Source: Auanema rhodensis (lineage: Eukaryota; Animalia; Nematoda). Taken from it: a DNA stretch of 64,000 nucleotides. The notes under the pieces were generated by a model that searched no databases, had not been told where the DNA came from, and saw only the letters and a program-made list of their open reading frames with translations. The position numbers and the translations under genes were made by a program. The stretch covers positions 23,047,031 through 23,111,030 of the forward strand of contig OZ059897.1 of NCBI GenBank assembly GCA_964057225.1. Direction: 5' to 3'. Of the stretch, positions 40,401-55,000 are shown one piece after another; within the stretch, counting starts at the first letter, position 1, and each line of letters opens with the position of its first letter.

Positions 40401-42077
40401 GTGCACATCACGTGTACATTTAATTAGCATAAATTAAAGTTCACGTAAAATTCAAAGTCATGGTTACCATGAACCAATATCAATAAAAATTTGTTTTTAG
40501 ACTAATATGGACATGGAGAATCTAATTTTGAAAACCGCATCTCTTTATCTTTCACGTGAAGCGAGTTACATACCAAGTGCACATCACGTGTACATTTAAT
40601 TAGCATAAATTAAAGTTCACGTAAATTTCAAAGTCATGGTTACCATGAACCAATATCAATAAAAATTTGTTTTTAGACTAATATGGACATGGGGAATCTA
40701 ATTTTGAAAACCGCATCTCTTTATCTTTCACGTGAAGCGAGTTACATACCAAGTGCACATCACGTGTACATTTAATTAGCATAAATTAAAGTTCACGTAA
40801 ATTTCAAAGTCATGGTTACCATGAACCAATATCAATAAAAATTTGTTTTTAGACTAATATGGACATGGGGAATCTAATTTTGAAAACCGCATCTCTTTAT
40901 CTTTCACGTGAAGCGAGTTACATACCAAGTGCTTATCACGTGTACATTTAATTAGCATAAATTAAAGTTCACGTAAATTTCAAAGTCATGGTTACCATGA
41001 ACCAATATCAATAAAAATTTGTTTTTAGACTAATATGGACATGGGGAATCTAATTTTGAAAACCGCATCTCTTTATCTTTCACGTGAAGCGAGTTACATA
41101 CCAAGTGCACATCACGTGTACATTTAATTAGCATAAATTAAAGTTCACGTAAATTTCAAAGTCATGGTTACCATGAACCTATATCAATAAAAATTTGTTT
41201 TTAGACTAATATGGACATGGGGAATCTAATTTTGAAAACCGCATCTCTTTATCTTTCACGTGAAGCGAGTTACATACCAAGTGCACATCACGTGTACATT
41301 TAATTAGCATAAATTAAAGTTCACGTAAATTTCAAAGTCATGGTTACCATGAAGCAATATCAATAAAAATTTGTTTTTAGACTAATATGGACATGGGGAA
41401 TCTAATTATGAAAACCGCATCTCTTTATCTTTCACGTGAAGCGAGTTACATACCAAGTGCACATCACGTGTACATTTAATTAGCATAAATTAAAGTTCAC
41501 GTAAATTTCAAAGTCATGGTTACCATGAACCAATATCAATAAAAATTTGTTTTTAGACTAATATGGACATGGGGAATCTAATTTTGAAAACCGCATCTCT
41601 TTATCTTTCACGTGAAGCGAGTTACATACCAAGTGCACATCACGTGTACATTTAATTAGCATAAATTAAAGTTCACGTAAATTTCAAAGTCATGGTTACC
41701 ATGAAGCAATATCAATAAAAATTTGTTTTTAGACTAATATGGACATGTGGAATCTAATTTTGAAAACCGCATCTCTTTATCTTTCACGTGAAGCGAGTTA
41801 CATACCAAGTGCACATCACGTGTACATTTAATTAGCATAAATTAAAGTTCACGTAAATTTCAAAGTCATGGTTACCATGAACCAATATCAAAAAAAATTT
41901 GTTTTGAGACTAATATGGACATGTGGAATCTAATTTTGAAAACCGCATCTCTTTATCTTTCACGTGAAGCGAGTTACATACCAAGTGCACATCACGTGTA
42001 CATTTAATTAGCATAAATTAAAGTTCACGTAAATTTCAAAGTCATGGTTACCATGAAGCAATATCAATAAAAATTTG

Positions 42078-42169
42078 TTTTTAGACTAATATGGACATGG
42101 GGAATCTAATTTTGAAAACCGCATTTTTAGACTAATATGGACATGGGGAATCTAATTTTGAAAACCGCA
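42078..42169. repeat. 46-bp internal tandem duplication producing a 222-bp monomer (copy 1)
   Basis: TTTTTAGACTAATATGGACATGGGGAATCTAATTTTGAAAACCGCA occurs at 42078-42123 and 42124-42169. Confidence 0.97.
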
Positions 42170-43003
42170 TCTCTTTATCTTTCACGTGAAGCGAGTTACA
42201 TACCAAGTGCACATCACGTGTACATTTAATTAGCATAAATTAAAGTTCACGTAAATTTCAAAGTCATGGTTACCATGAACCAATATCAATAAAAATTTGT
42301 TTTTAGACTAATATGGACATGGGGAATCTAATTTTGAAAACCGCATCTCTTTATCTTTCACGTGAAGCGAGTTACATACCAAGTGCACATCACGTGTACA
42401 TTTAATTAGCATAAATTAAAGTTCACGTAAATTTCAAAGTCATGGTTACCATGAAGCAATATCAATAAAAATTTGTTTTTAGACTAATATGGACATGTGG
42501 AATCTAATTTTGAAAACCGCATCTCTTTATCTTTCACGTGAAGCGAGTTACATACCAAGTGCACATCACGTGTACATTTAATTAGCATAAATTAAAGTTC
42601 ACGTAAATTTCAAAGTCATGGTTACCATGAACCAATATCAAAAAAAATTTGTTTTGAGACTAATATGGACATGTGGAATCTAATTTTGAAAACCGCATCT
42701 CTTTATCTTTCACGTGAAGCGAGTTACATACCAAGTGCACATCACGTGTACATTTAATTAGCATAAATTAAAGTTCACGTAAATTTCAAAGTCATGGTTA
42801 CCATGAACCAATATCAATAACAATTTGTTTTTAGACTAATATGGACATGGGGAATCTAATTTTGAAAACCGCATCTCTTTATCTTTCACGTGAAGCGAGT
42901 TACATACCAAGTGCACATCACGTGTACATTTAATTAGCATAAATTAAAGTTCACGTAATTTTCAAAGTCATGGTTACCATGAAGCAATATCAATAAAAAT
43001 TTG

Positions 43004-43095
43004 TTTTTAGACTAATATGGACATGGGGAATCTAATTTTGAAAACCGCATTTTTAGACTAATATGGACATGGGGAATCTAATTTTGAAAACCGCA
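43004..43095. repeat. 46-bp internal tandem duplication producing a 222-bp monomer (copy 2)
   Basis: Same 46-mer at 43004-43049 and 43050-43095 with an identical junction. Offset from copy 1 is 926 bp = 5x176+46. Confidence 0.97.
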
Positions 43096-45841
43096 TCTCT
43101 TTATCTTTCACGTGAAGCGAGTTACATACCAAGTGCACATCACGTGTACATTTAATTAGCATAAATTAAAGTTCACGTAAATTTCAAAGTCATGGTTACC
43201 ATGAACCAATATCAATAAAAATTTGTTTTTAGACTAATATGGACATGGGGAATCTAATTTCAAAAACCGCATCTCTTTATCTCTCACGTGAAGCGAGTTA
43301 CATACCAAGTGCACATCACGTCTACATTTAATTAGCATAAATTAAAGTTCACGTAAATTTCAAAGTCATGGTTACCATGCACCAATATCAATAAAAATTT
43401 GTTTTTAGACTAATATGGACATGGGGAATCTAATTTTGAAAACCGCATCTCTTTATCTTTCACGTGAAGCGAGTTACATACCAAGTGCACATCACGTGTA
43501 CATTTAATTAGCATAAATTAAAGTTCACGTAAATTTCAAAGTCATGGTTACCATGAACCTATATCAATAAAAATTTGTTTTTAGACTAATATGGACATGG
43601 GGAATCTAATTTTGAAAACCGCATCTCTTTATCTTTCACGTGAAGCGAGTTACATACCAAGTGCACATCACGTGTACATTTAATTAGCATAAATTAAAGT
43701 TCACGTAAATTTCAAAGTCATGGTTACCATGAAGCAATATCAATAAAAATTTGTTTTTAGACTAATATGGACATGGGGAATCTAATTATGAAAACCGCAT
43801 CTCTTTATCTTTCACGTGAAGCGAGTTACATACCAAGTGCACATCACGTGTACATTTAATTAGCATAAATTAAAGTTCACGTAAATTTCAAAGTCATGGT
43901 TACCATGAACCAATATCAATAAAAATTTGTTTTTAGACTAATATGGACATGGGGAATCTAATTTTGAAAACCGCATCTCTTTATCTTTCACGTGAAGCGA
44001 GTTACATACCAAGTGCACATCACGTGTACATTTAATTAGCATAAATTAAAGTTCACGTAAATTTCAAAGTCATGGTTACCATGAAGCAATATCAATAAAA
44101 ATTTGTTTTTAGACTAATATGGACATGTGGAATCTAATTTTGAAAACCGCATCTCTTTATCTTTCACGTGAAGCGAGTTACATACCAAGTGCACATCACG
44201 TGTACATTTAATTAGCATAAATTAAAGTTCACGTAAATTTCAAAGTCATGGTTACCATGAACCAATATCAAAAAAAATTTGTTTTGAGACTAATATGGAC
44301 ATGTGGAATCTAATTTTGAAAACCGCATCTCTTTATCTTTCACGTGAAGCGAGTTACATACCAAGTGCACATCACGTGTACATTTAATTAGCATAAATTA
44401 AAGTTCACGTAAATTTCAAAGTCATGGTTACCATGAACCAATATCAATAACAATTTGTTTTTAGACTAATATGGACATGGGGAATCTAATTTTGAAAACC
44501 GCATCTCTTTATCTTTCACGTGAAGCGAGTTACATACCAAGTGCACATCACGTGTACATTTAATTAGCATAAATTAAAGTTCACGTAAATTTCAAAGTCA
44601 TGGTTACCATGAAGCAATATCAATAAAAATTTGTTTTTAGACTAATATGGACATGGGGAATCTAATTTTGAAAACCGCATCTCTTTATCTTTCACGTGAA
44701 GCGAGTTACATACCAAGTGCACATCACGTGTACATTTAATTAGCATAAATTAAAGTTCACGTAAATTTCAAAGTCATGGTTACCATGAACCAATATCAAT
44801 AAAAATTTGTTCTTAGACTAATATGGACATGGGGAATCTAATTTTGAAAACCGCATCTCTTTATCTTTCACGTGAAGCGAGTTACATACCAAGTGCACAT
44901 CACGTGTACATTTAATTAGCATAAATTAAAGTTCACGTAAATTTCAAAGTCATGGTTACCATGAACCAATATCAATAAAAATTTGTTTTTAGACTAATAT
45001 GGACATGGGGAATCTAATTTTGAAAACCGCATCTCTTTATCTTTCACGTGAAGCGAGTTACATACCAAGTGCACATCACGTGTACATTTAATTAGCATAA
45101 ATTAAAGTTCACGTAAATTTCAAAGTCATGGTTACCATGAAGCAATATCAATAAAAATTTGTTTTTAGACTAATATGGACATGGGGAATCTAATTTTGAA
45201 AACCGCATCTCTTTATCTTTCACGTGAAGCGAGTTACATACCAAGTGCACATCACGTGTACATTTAATTAGCATAAATTAAAGTTCACGTAAATTTCAAA
45301 GTCATGGTTACCATGAACCAATATCAATAAAAATTTGTTTTTAGACCAATATGGACATGGGGAATCTAATTTTGAAAACCGCATCTCTTTATCTTTCACG
45401 TGAAGCGAGTTACATACCAAGTGCACATCACGTGTACATTTAATTAGCATAAATTAAAGTTCACGTAAATTTCAAAGTCATGGTTACCATGAACCAATAT
45501 CAATAAAAATTTGTTTTTAGACTAATATGGACATGGGGAATCTAATTTTGAAAACCGCATCTCTTTATCTTTCACGTGAAGCGAGTTACATACCAAGTGC
45601 ACATCACGTGTACATTTAATTAGCATAAATTAAAGTTCACGTAAATTTCAAAGTCATGGTTACCATGAACCAATATCAATAAAAATTTGTTTTTAGACTA
45701 ATATGGACATGGGGAATCTAATTTTGAAAACCGCATCTCTTTATCTTTCACGTGAAGCGAGTTACATACCAAGTGCACATCACGTGTACATTTAATTAGC
45801 ATAAATTAAAGTTCACGTAAATTTCAAAGTCATGGTTACCA

Positions 45842-48128
45842 TGAACCAATATCAATAAAAATTTGTTTTTAGACTAATATGGACATGGGGAATCTAATTT
45901 TGAAAACCGCATCTCTTTATCTTTCACGTGAAGCGAGTTACATACCAAGTGCACATCACGTGTACATTTAATTAGCATAAATTAAAGTTCACGTAAATTT
46001 CAAAGTCATGGTTACCCTGAACCAATATCAATAAAAATTTGTTTTTAGACTAATATGGACATGGGGAATCTAATTTTGAAAACCGCATCTCTTTATCTTT
46101 CACGTGAAGCGAGTTACATACCAAGTGCACATCACGTGTACATTTAATTAGCATAAATTAAAGTTCACGTAAATTTCAAAGTCATGGTTACCATGCACCA
46201 ATATCAATAAAAATTTGTTCTTAGACTAATATGGACATGGGGAATCTAATTTTGAAAACCGCATCTCTTTATCTTTCACGTGAAGCGAGTTACATACCAA
46301 GTGCACATCACGTGTACATTTAATTAGCATAAATTAAAGTTCACGTAAATTTCAAAGTCATGGTTACCATGAACCAATATCAATAAAAATTTGTTTTTAG
46401 ACTAATATGGACATGGGGAATCTAATTTTGAAAACCGCATCTCTTTATCTTTCACGTGAAGCGAGTTACATACCAAGTGCACATCACGTGTACATTTAAT
46501 TAGCATAAATTAAAGTTCACGTAAATTTCAAAGTCATGGTTACCATGCACCAATATCAATAAAAATTTGTTCTTAGACTAATATGGACATGGGGAATCTA
46601 ATTTTGAAAACCGCATCTCTTTATCTTTCACGTGAAGCGAGTTACATACCAAGTGCACATCACGTGTACATTTAATTAGCATAAATTAAAGTTCACGTAA
46701 ATTTCAAAGTCATGGTTACCATGAACCAATATCAATAAAAATTTGTTTTTAGACTAATATGGACATGGGGAATCTAATTTTGAAAACCGCATCTCTTTAT
46801 CTTTCACGTGAAGCGAGTTACATACCAAGTGCACATCACGTGTACATTTAATTAGCATAAATTAAAGTTCACGTAAACTTCAAAGTCATGGTTACCGTGA
46901 AGCAATATCAATAAAAATTTGTTTTTAGACTAATATGGACATGGGGAATCTAATTTTGAAAACCGCATCTCTTTATCTTTCACGTGAAGCGAGTTACATA
47001 CCAAGTGCACATCACGTGTACATTTAATTAGCATAAATTAAAGTTCACGTAAATTTCAAAGTCATGGTTACCCTGAACCAATATCAATAAAAATTTGTTT
47101 TTAGACTAATATGGACATGGGGAATCTAATTTTGAAAACCGCATCTCTTTATCTTTCACGTGAAGCGAGTTACATACCAAGTGCACATCACGTGTACATT
47201 TAATTAGCATAAATTAAAGTTCACGTAAATTTCAAAGTCATGGTTACCATGCACCAATATCAATAAAAATTTGTTCTTAGACTAATATGGACATGGGGAA
47301 TCTAATTTTGAAAACCGCATCTCTTTATCTTTCACGTGAAGCGAGTTACATACCAAGTGCACATCACGTGTACATTTAATTAGCATAAATTAAAGTTCAC
47401 GTAAATTTCAAAGTCATGGTTACCATGAACCAATATCAATAAAAATTTGTTTTTAGACTAATATGGACATGGGGAATCTAATTTTGAAAACCGCATCTCT
47501 TTATCTTTCACGTGAAGCGAGTTACATACCAAGTGCACATCACGTGTACATTTAATTAGCATAAATTAAAGTTCACGTAAATTTCAAAGTCATGGTTACC
47601 ATGCACCAATATCAATAAAAATTTGTTCTTAGACTAATATGGACATGGGGAATCTAATTTTGAAAACCGCATCTCTTTATCTTTCACGTGAAGCGAGTTA
47701 CATACCAAGTGCACATCACGTGTACATTTAATTAGCATAAATTAAAGTTCACGTAAATTTCAAAGTCATGGTTACCATGAACCAATATCAATAAAAATTT
47801 GTTTTTAGACTAATATGGACATGGGGAATCTAATTTTGAAAACCGCATCTCTTTATCTTTCACGTGAAGCGAGTTACATACCAAGTGCACATCACGTGTA
47901 CATTTAATTAGCATAAATTAAAGTTCACGTAAACTTCAAAGTCATGGTTACCGTGAAGCAATATCAATAAAAATTTGTTTTTAGACTAATATGGACATGG
48001 GGAATCTAATTTTGAAAACCGCATCTCTTTATCTTTCACGTGAAGCGAGTTACATACCAAGTGCACATCACGTGTACATTTAATTAGCATAAATTAAAGT
48101 TCACGTAAATTTCAAAGTCATGGTTACC
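45842..48128 (-). repeat. 6-monomer (1056-bp) tandem higher-order duplication
   Basis: ACCCTGA (46017/47073), ACCGTGA (46897/47953), AAACTT (46878/47934) and TTCTT (46220/47276, 46572/47628) recur at +1056. Confidence 0.9.
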
Positions 48129-51100
48129 ATGAACCAATATCAATAAAAATTTGTTTTTAGACTAATATGGACATGGGGAATCTAATTTTGAAAACCGCAT
48201 CTCTTTATCTTTCACGTGAAGCGAGTTACATACCAAGTGCACATCACGTGTACATTTAATTAGCATAAATTAAAGTTCACGTAAATTTCAAAGTCATGGT
48301 TACCATGAACCAATATCAATAAAATTTTGTTTTTAGACTAATATGGACATGGGGAATCTAATTTTGAAAACCGCATCTCTTTATCTTTCACGTGAAGCGA
48401 GTTACATACCAAGTGCACATCACGTGTACATTTAATTAGCATAAATTAAAGTTCACGTAAATTTCAAAGTCATGGTTACCATGAACCAATATCAATAAAA
48501 ATTTGTTTTTAGACTAATATGGACATGGGGAATCTAATTTTGAAAACCGCATCTCTTTATCTTTCACGTGAAGCGAGTTACATACCAAGTGCACATCACG
48601 TGTACATTTAATTAGCATAAATTAAAGTTCACGTAAATTTCAAAGTCATGGTTACCATGAAGCAATATCAATAAAAATTTGTTTTTAGACTAATATGGAC
48701 ATGGGGAATTTAATTTTGAAAACCGCATCTCTTTATCTTTCACTTGAAGCGAGTTACATACCAAGTGCACATCACGTGTACATTTAATTAGCATAAATTA
48801 AAGTTCACGTAAATTTCAAAGTCATGGTTACCATGAACCAATATCAATAAAAATTTGTTTTTAGACTAATATGGACATGGGGAATCTAATTTTGAAAACC
48901 GCATCTCTTTATCTTTCACGTGAAGCGAGTTACATACCAAGTGCACATCACGTGTACATTTAATTAGCATAAATTAAAGTTCACGTAAATTTCAAAGTCA
49001 TGGTTACCATGAACCAATATCAATAAAAATTTGTTTTTAGACTAATATGGACATGGGGAATCTAATTTTGAAAACCGCATCTCTTTATCTTTCACGTGAA
49101 GCGAGTTACATACCAAGTGCACATCACGTGTACATTTAATTAGCATAAATTAAAGTTCACGTAAATTTCAAAGTCATGGTTACCATGAAGCAATATCAAT
49201 AAAAATTTGTTTTTAGACTAATATGGACATGGGGAATTTAATTTTGAAAACCGCATCTCTTTATCTTTCACTTGAAGCGAGTTACATACCAAGTGCACAT
49301 CACGTGTACATTTAATTAGCATAAATTAAAGTTCACGTAAATTTCAAAGTCATGGTTACCATGAACCAATATCAATAAAAATTTGTTTTAGACTAATATG
49401 GACATGGGGAATCTAATTTTGAAAACCGCATCTCTTTATCTTTCACGTGAAGCGAGTTACATACCAAGTGCACATCACGTGTACATTTAATTAGCATAAA
49501 TTAAAGTTCACGTAAATTTCAAAGTCATGGTTACCATGAACCAATATCAATAAAAATTTGTTTTTAGACTAATATGGACATGGGGAATTTAATTTTGAAA
49601 ACCGCATCTCTTTATCTTTCACTTGAAGCGAGTTACATACCAAGTGCACATCACGTGTACATTTAATTAGCATAAATTAAAGTTCACGTAAACTTCAAAG
49701 TCATGGTTACCGTGAAGCAATATCAATAAAAATTTGTTTTTAGACTAATATGGACATGGGGAATCTAATTTTGAAAACCGCATCTCTTTATCTTTCACGT
49801 GAAGCGAGTTACATACCAAGTGCACATCACGTGTACATTTAATTAGCATAAATTAAAGTTCACGTAAATTTCAAAGTCATGGTTACCATGAACCAATATC
49901 AATAAAAATTTGTTTTTAGACTAATATGGACATGGGGAATCTAATTTTGAAAACCGCATCTCTTTATCTTTCACGTGAAGCGAGTTACATACCAAGTGCA
50001 CATCACGTGTACATTTAATTAGCATAAATTAAAGTTCACGTAAATTTCAAAGTCATGGTTACCATGAACCAATATCAATAAAAATTTGTTTTTAGACTAA
50101 TATGGACATGGGGAATCTAATTTTGAAAACCGCATCTCTTTATCTTTCACGTGAAGCGAGTTACATACCAAGTGCACATCACGTGTACATTTAATTAGCA
50201 TAAATTAAAGTTCACGTAAATTTCAAAGTCATGGTTACCATGCACCAATATCAATAAAAATTTGTTCTTAGACTAATATGGACATGGGGAATCTAATTTT
50301 GAAAACCGCATCTCTTTATCTTTCACGTGAAGCGAGTTACATACCAAGTGCACATCACGTGTACATTTAATTAGCATAAATTAAAGTTCACGTAAACTTC
50401 AAAGTCATGGTTACCATGAAGCAATATCAATAAAAATTTGTTTTTAGACTAATATGGACATGGGGAATCTAATTTTGAAAACCGCATCTCTTTATCTTTC
50501 ACGTGAAGCGAGTTACATACCAAGTGCACATCACGTGTACATTTAATTAGCATAAATTAAAGTTCACGTAAATTTCAAAGTCATGGTTACCATGAACCAA
50601 TATCAATAAAAATTTGTTTTTAGACTAATATGGACATGGGGAATCTAATTTTGAAAACCGCATCTCTTTATCTTTCACGTGAAGCGAGTTACATACCAAG
50701 TGCACATCACGTGTACATTTAATTAGCATAAATTAAAGTTCACGTAAATTTCAAAGTCATGGTTACCATGCACCAATATCAATAAAAATTTGTTCTTAGA
50801 CTAATATGGACATGGGGAATCTAATTTTGAAAACCGCATCTCTTTATCTTTCACGTGAAGCGAGTTACATACCAAGTGCACATCACGTGTACATTTAATT
50901 AGCATAAATTAAAGTTCACGTAAACTTCAAAGTCATGGTTACCATGAAGCAATATCAATAAAAATTTGTTTTTAGACTAATATGGACATGGGGAATCTAA
51001 TTTTGAAAACCGCATCTCTTTATCTTTCACGTGAAGCGAGTTACATACCAAGTGCACATCACGTGTACATTTAATTAGCATAAATTAAAGTTCACGTAAA

Positions 51101-52029
51101 TTTCAAAGTCATGGTTACCATGAACCAATATCAATAAAAATTTGTTTTTAGACTAATATGGACATGGGGAATCTAATTTTGAAAACCGCATCTCTTTATC
51201 TTTCACGTGAAGCGAGTTACATACCAAGTGCACATCACGTGTACATTTAATTAGCATAAATTAAAGTTCACGTAAATTTCAAAGTCATGGTTACCATGAA
51301 CCAATATCAATAAAAATTTGTTTTTAGACTAATATGGACATGGGGAATCTAATTTTGAAAACCGCATCTCTTTATCTTTCACGTGAAGCGAGTTACATAC
51401 CAAGTGCACATCACGTGTACATTTAATTAGCATAAATTAAAGTTCACGTAAATTTCAAAGTCATGGTTACCATGAACCAATATCAATAAAAATTTGTTTT
51501 TAGACTAATATGGACATGGGGAATCTAATTTTGAAAACCGCATCTCTTTATCTTTCACGTGAAGCGAGTTACATACCAAGTGCACATCACGTGTACATTT
51601 AATTAGCATAAATTAAAGTTCACGTAAATTTCAAAGTCATGGTTACCATGAACCAATATCAATAAAAATTTGTTTTTAGACTAATATGGACATGGGGAAT
51701 CTAATTTTGAAAACCGCATCTCTTTATCTTTCACGTGAAGCGAGTTACATACCAAGTGCACATCACGTGTACATTTAATTAGCATAAATTAAAGTTCACG
51801 TAAATTTCAAAGTCATGGTTACCATGAACCAATATCAATAAAAATTTGTTTTTAGACTAATATGGACATGGGGAATCTAATTTTGAAAACCGCATCTCTT
51901 TATCTTTCACGTGAAGCGAGTTACATACCAAGTGCACATCACGTGTACATTTAATTAGCATAAATTAAAGTTCACGTAAATTTCAAAGTCATGGTTACCA
52001 TGCACCAATATCAATAAAAATTTGTTCTT

Positions 52030-55000
52030 AGACTAATATGGACATGGGGAATCTAATTTTGAAAACCGCATCTCTTTATCTTTCACGTGAAGCGAGTTAC
52101 ATACCAAGTGCACATCACGTGTACATTTAATTAGCATAAATTAAAGTTCACGTAAACTTCAAAGTCATGGTTACCATGAAGCAATATCAATGAAAATTTG
52201 TTTTTAGACTAATATGGACATGGGGAATCTAATTTTGAAAACCGCATCTCTTTATCTTTCACGTGAAGCGAGTTACATACCAAGTGCACATCACGTGTAC
52301 ATTTAATTAGCATAAATTAAAGTTCACGTAAATTTCAAAGTCATGGTTACCATGAACCAATATCAATAAAAATTTGTTCTTAGACTAATATGGACATGGG
52401 GAATCTAATTTTGAAAACCGCATCTCTTTATCTTTCACGTGAAGCGAGTTACATACCAAGTGCACATCACGTGTACATTTAATTAGCATAAATTAAAGTT
52501 CACGTAAATTTCAAAGTCATGGTTACCATGAACCAATATCAATAAAAATTTGTTTTTAGACTAATATGGACATGGGGAATCTAATTTTGAAAACCGCATC
52601 TCTTTATCTTTCACGTGAAGCGAGTTACATACCAAGTGCACATCACGTGTACATTTAATTAGCATAAATTAAAGTTCACGTAAACTTCAAAGTCATGGTT
52701 ACCATGAAGCAATATCAATAAAAATTTGTTTTTAGACTAATATGGACATGGGGAATCTAATTTTGTAAACCGCATCTCTTTATCTTTCACGTGAAGCGAG
52801 TTACATACCAAGTGCACATCACGTGTACATTTAATTAGCATAAATTAAAGTTCACGTAAATTTCAAAGTCATGGTTACCATGAACCAATATCAATAAAAA
52901 TTTGTTTTTAGACTAATATGAACATGGGGAATCTAATTTTGAAAACCGCATCTCTTTATCTTTCACGTGAAGCGAGTTACATACCAAGTGCACATCACGT
53001 GTACATTTAATTAGCATAAATTAAAGTTCACGTAAATTTCAAAGTCATGGTTACCATGAACCAATATCAATAAAAATTTGTTTTTAGACTAATATGGACA
53101 TGGGGAATCTAATTTTGAAAACCGCATCTCTTTATCTTCCACGTGAAGCGAGTTACATACCAAGTGCACATCACGTGTACATTTAATTAGCATAAATTAA
53201 AGTTCACGTAAATTTCAAAGTCATGGTTACCATGAACCAATATCAATAAAAATTTGTTTTTAGACTAATATGGACATGGGGAATCTAATTTTGAAAACCG
53301 CATCTCTTTATCTTTCACGTGAAGCGAGTTACATACCAAGTGCACATCACGTGTACATTTAATTACCATAAATTAAAGTTCACGTAAATTTCAAAGTCAT
53401 GGTTACCATGAACCAATATCAATAAAAATTTGTTTTTAGACTAATATGGACATGGGGAATCTAATTTTGAAAACCGCATCTCTTTATCTTTCACGTGAAG
53501 CGAGTTACATACCAAGTGCACATCACGTGTACATTTAATTAGCATAAATTAAAGTTCACGTAAAATTCAAAGTCATGGTTACCATGAACCAATATCAATA
53601 AAAATTTGTTTTTAGACTAATATGGACATGGGGAATCTAATTTTGAAAACCGCATCTCTTTATCTTTCACGTGAAGCGAGTTACATACCAAGTGCACATC
53701 ACGTGTACATTTAATTAGCATAAATTAAAGTTCACGTAAACTTCAAAGTCATGGTTACCATGAACCAATATCAATAAAAATTTGTTTTTAGACTAATATG
53801 GACATGGGGAATCTAATTTTGAAAACCGCATCTCTTTATCTTTCACGTGAAGCGAGTTACATACCAAGTGCACATCACGTGTACATTTAATTAGCATAAA
53901 TTAAAGTTCACGTAAATTTCAAAGTCATGGTTACCATGAACCAATATCAATAAAAATTTGTTTTTAGACTAATATGGACATGGGGAATCTAATTTTGAAA
54001 ACCGCATCTCTTTATCTTTCACGTGAAGCGAGTTACATACCAAGTGCACATCACGTGTACATTTAATTAGCATAAATTAAAGTTCACGTAAATTTCAAAG
54101 TCATGGTTACCATGCACCAATATCAATAAAAATTTGTTCTTAGACTAATATGGACATGGGGAATCTAATTTTGAAAACCGCATCTCTTTATCTTTCACGT
54201 GAAGCGAGTTACATACCAAGTGCACATCACGTGTACATTTAATTAGCATAAATTAAAGTTCACGTAAATTTCAAAGTCATGGTTACCATGAACCAATATC
54301 AATAAAAATTTGTTTTTAGACTAATATGGACATGGGGAATCTAATTTTGAAAACCGCATCTCTTTATCTTTCACGTGAAGCGAGTTACATACCAAGTGCA
54401 CATCACGTGTACATTTAATTAGCATAAATTAAAGTTCACGTAAACTTCAAAGTCATGGTTACCATGAAGCAATATCAATAAAAATTTGTTTTTAGACTAA
54501 TATGGACATGGGGAATCTAATTTTGAAAACCGCATCTCTTTATCTTTCACGTGAAGCGAGTTACATACCAAGTGCACATCACGTGTACATTTAATTAGCA
54601 TAAATTAAAGTTCACGTAAATTTCAAAGTCATGGTTACCATGAACCAATATCAATAAAAATTTGTTCTTAGACTAATATGGACATGGGGAATCTAATTTT
54701 GAAAACCGCATCTCTTTATCTTTCACGTGAAGCGAGTTACATACCAAGTGCACATCACGTGTACATTTAATTAGCATAAATTAAAGTTCACGTAAATTTC
54801 AAAGTCATGGTTACCATGAACCAATATCAATAAAAATTTGTTTTTAGACTAATATGGACATGGGGAATCTAATTTTGAAAACCGCATCTCTTTATCTTTC
54901 ACGTGAAGCGAGTTACATACCAAGTGCACATCACGTGTACATTTAATTAGCATAAATTAAAGTTCACGTAAACTTCAAAGTCATGGTTACCATGAAGCAA

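Noticed and set aside
45268-45450. 60-aa ORF on the minus strand
   Set aside because: An independent single-copy TAG>TGG change (45347) in the same satellite frame; expected by chance among ~363 copies.
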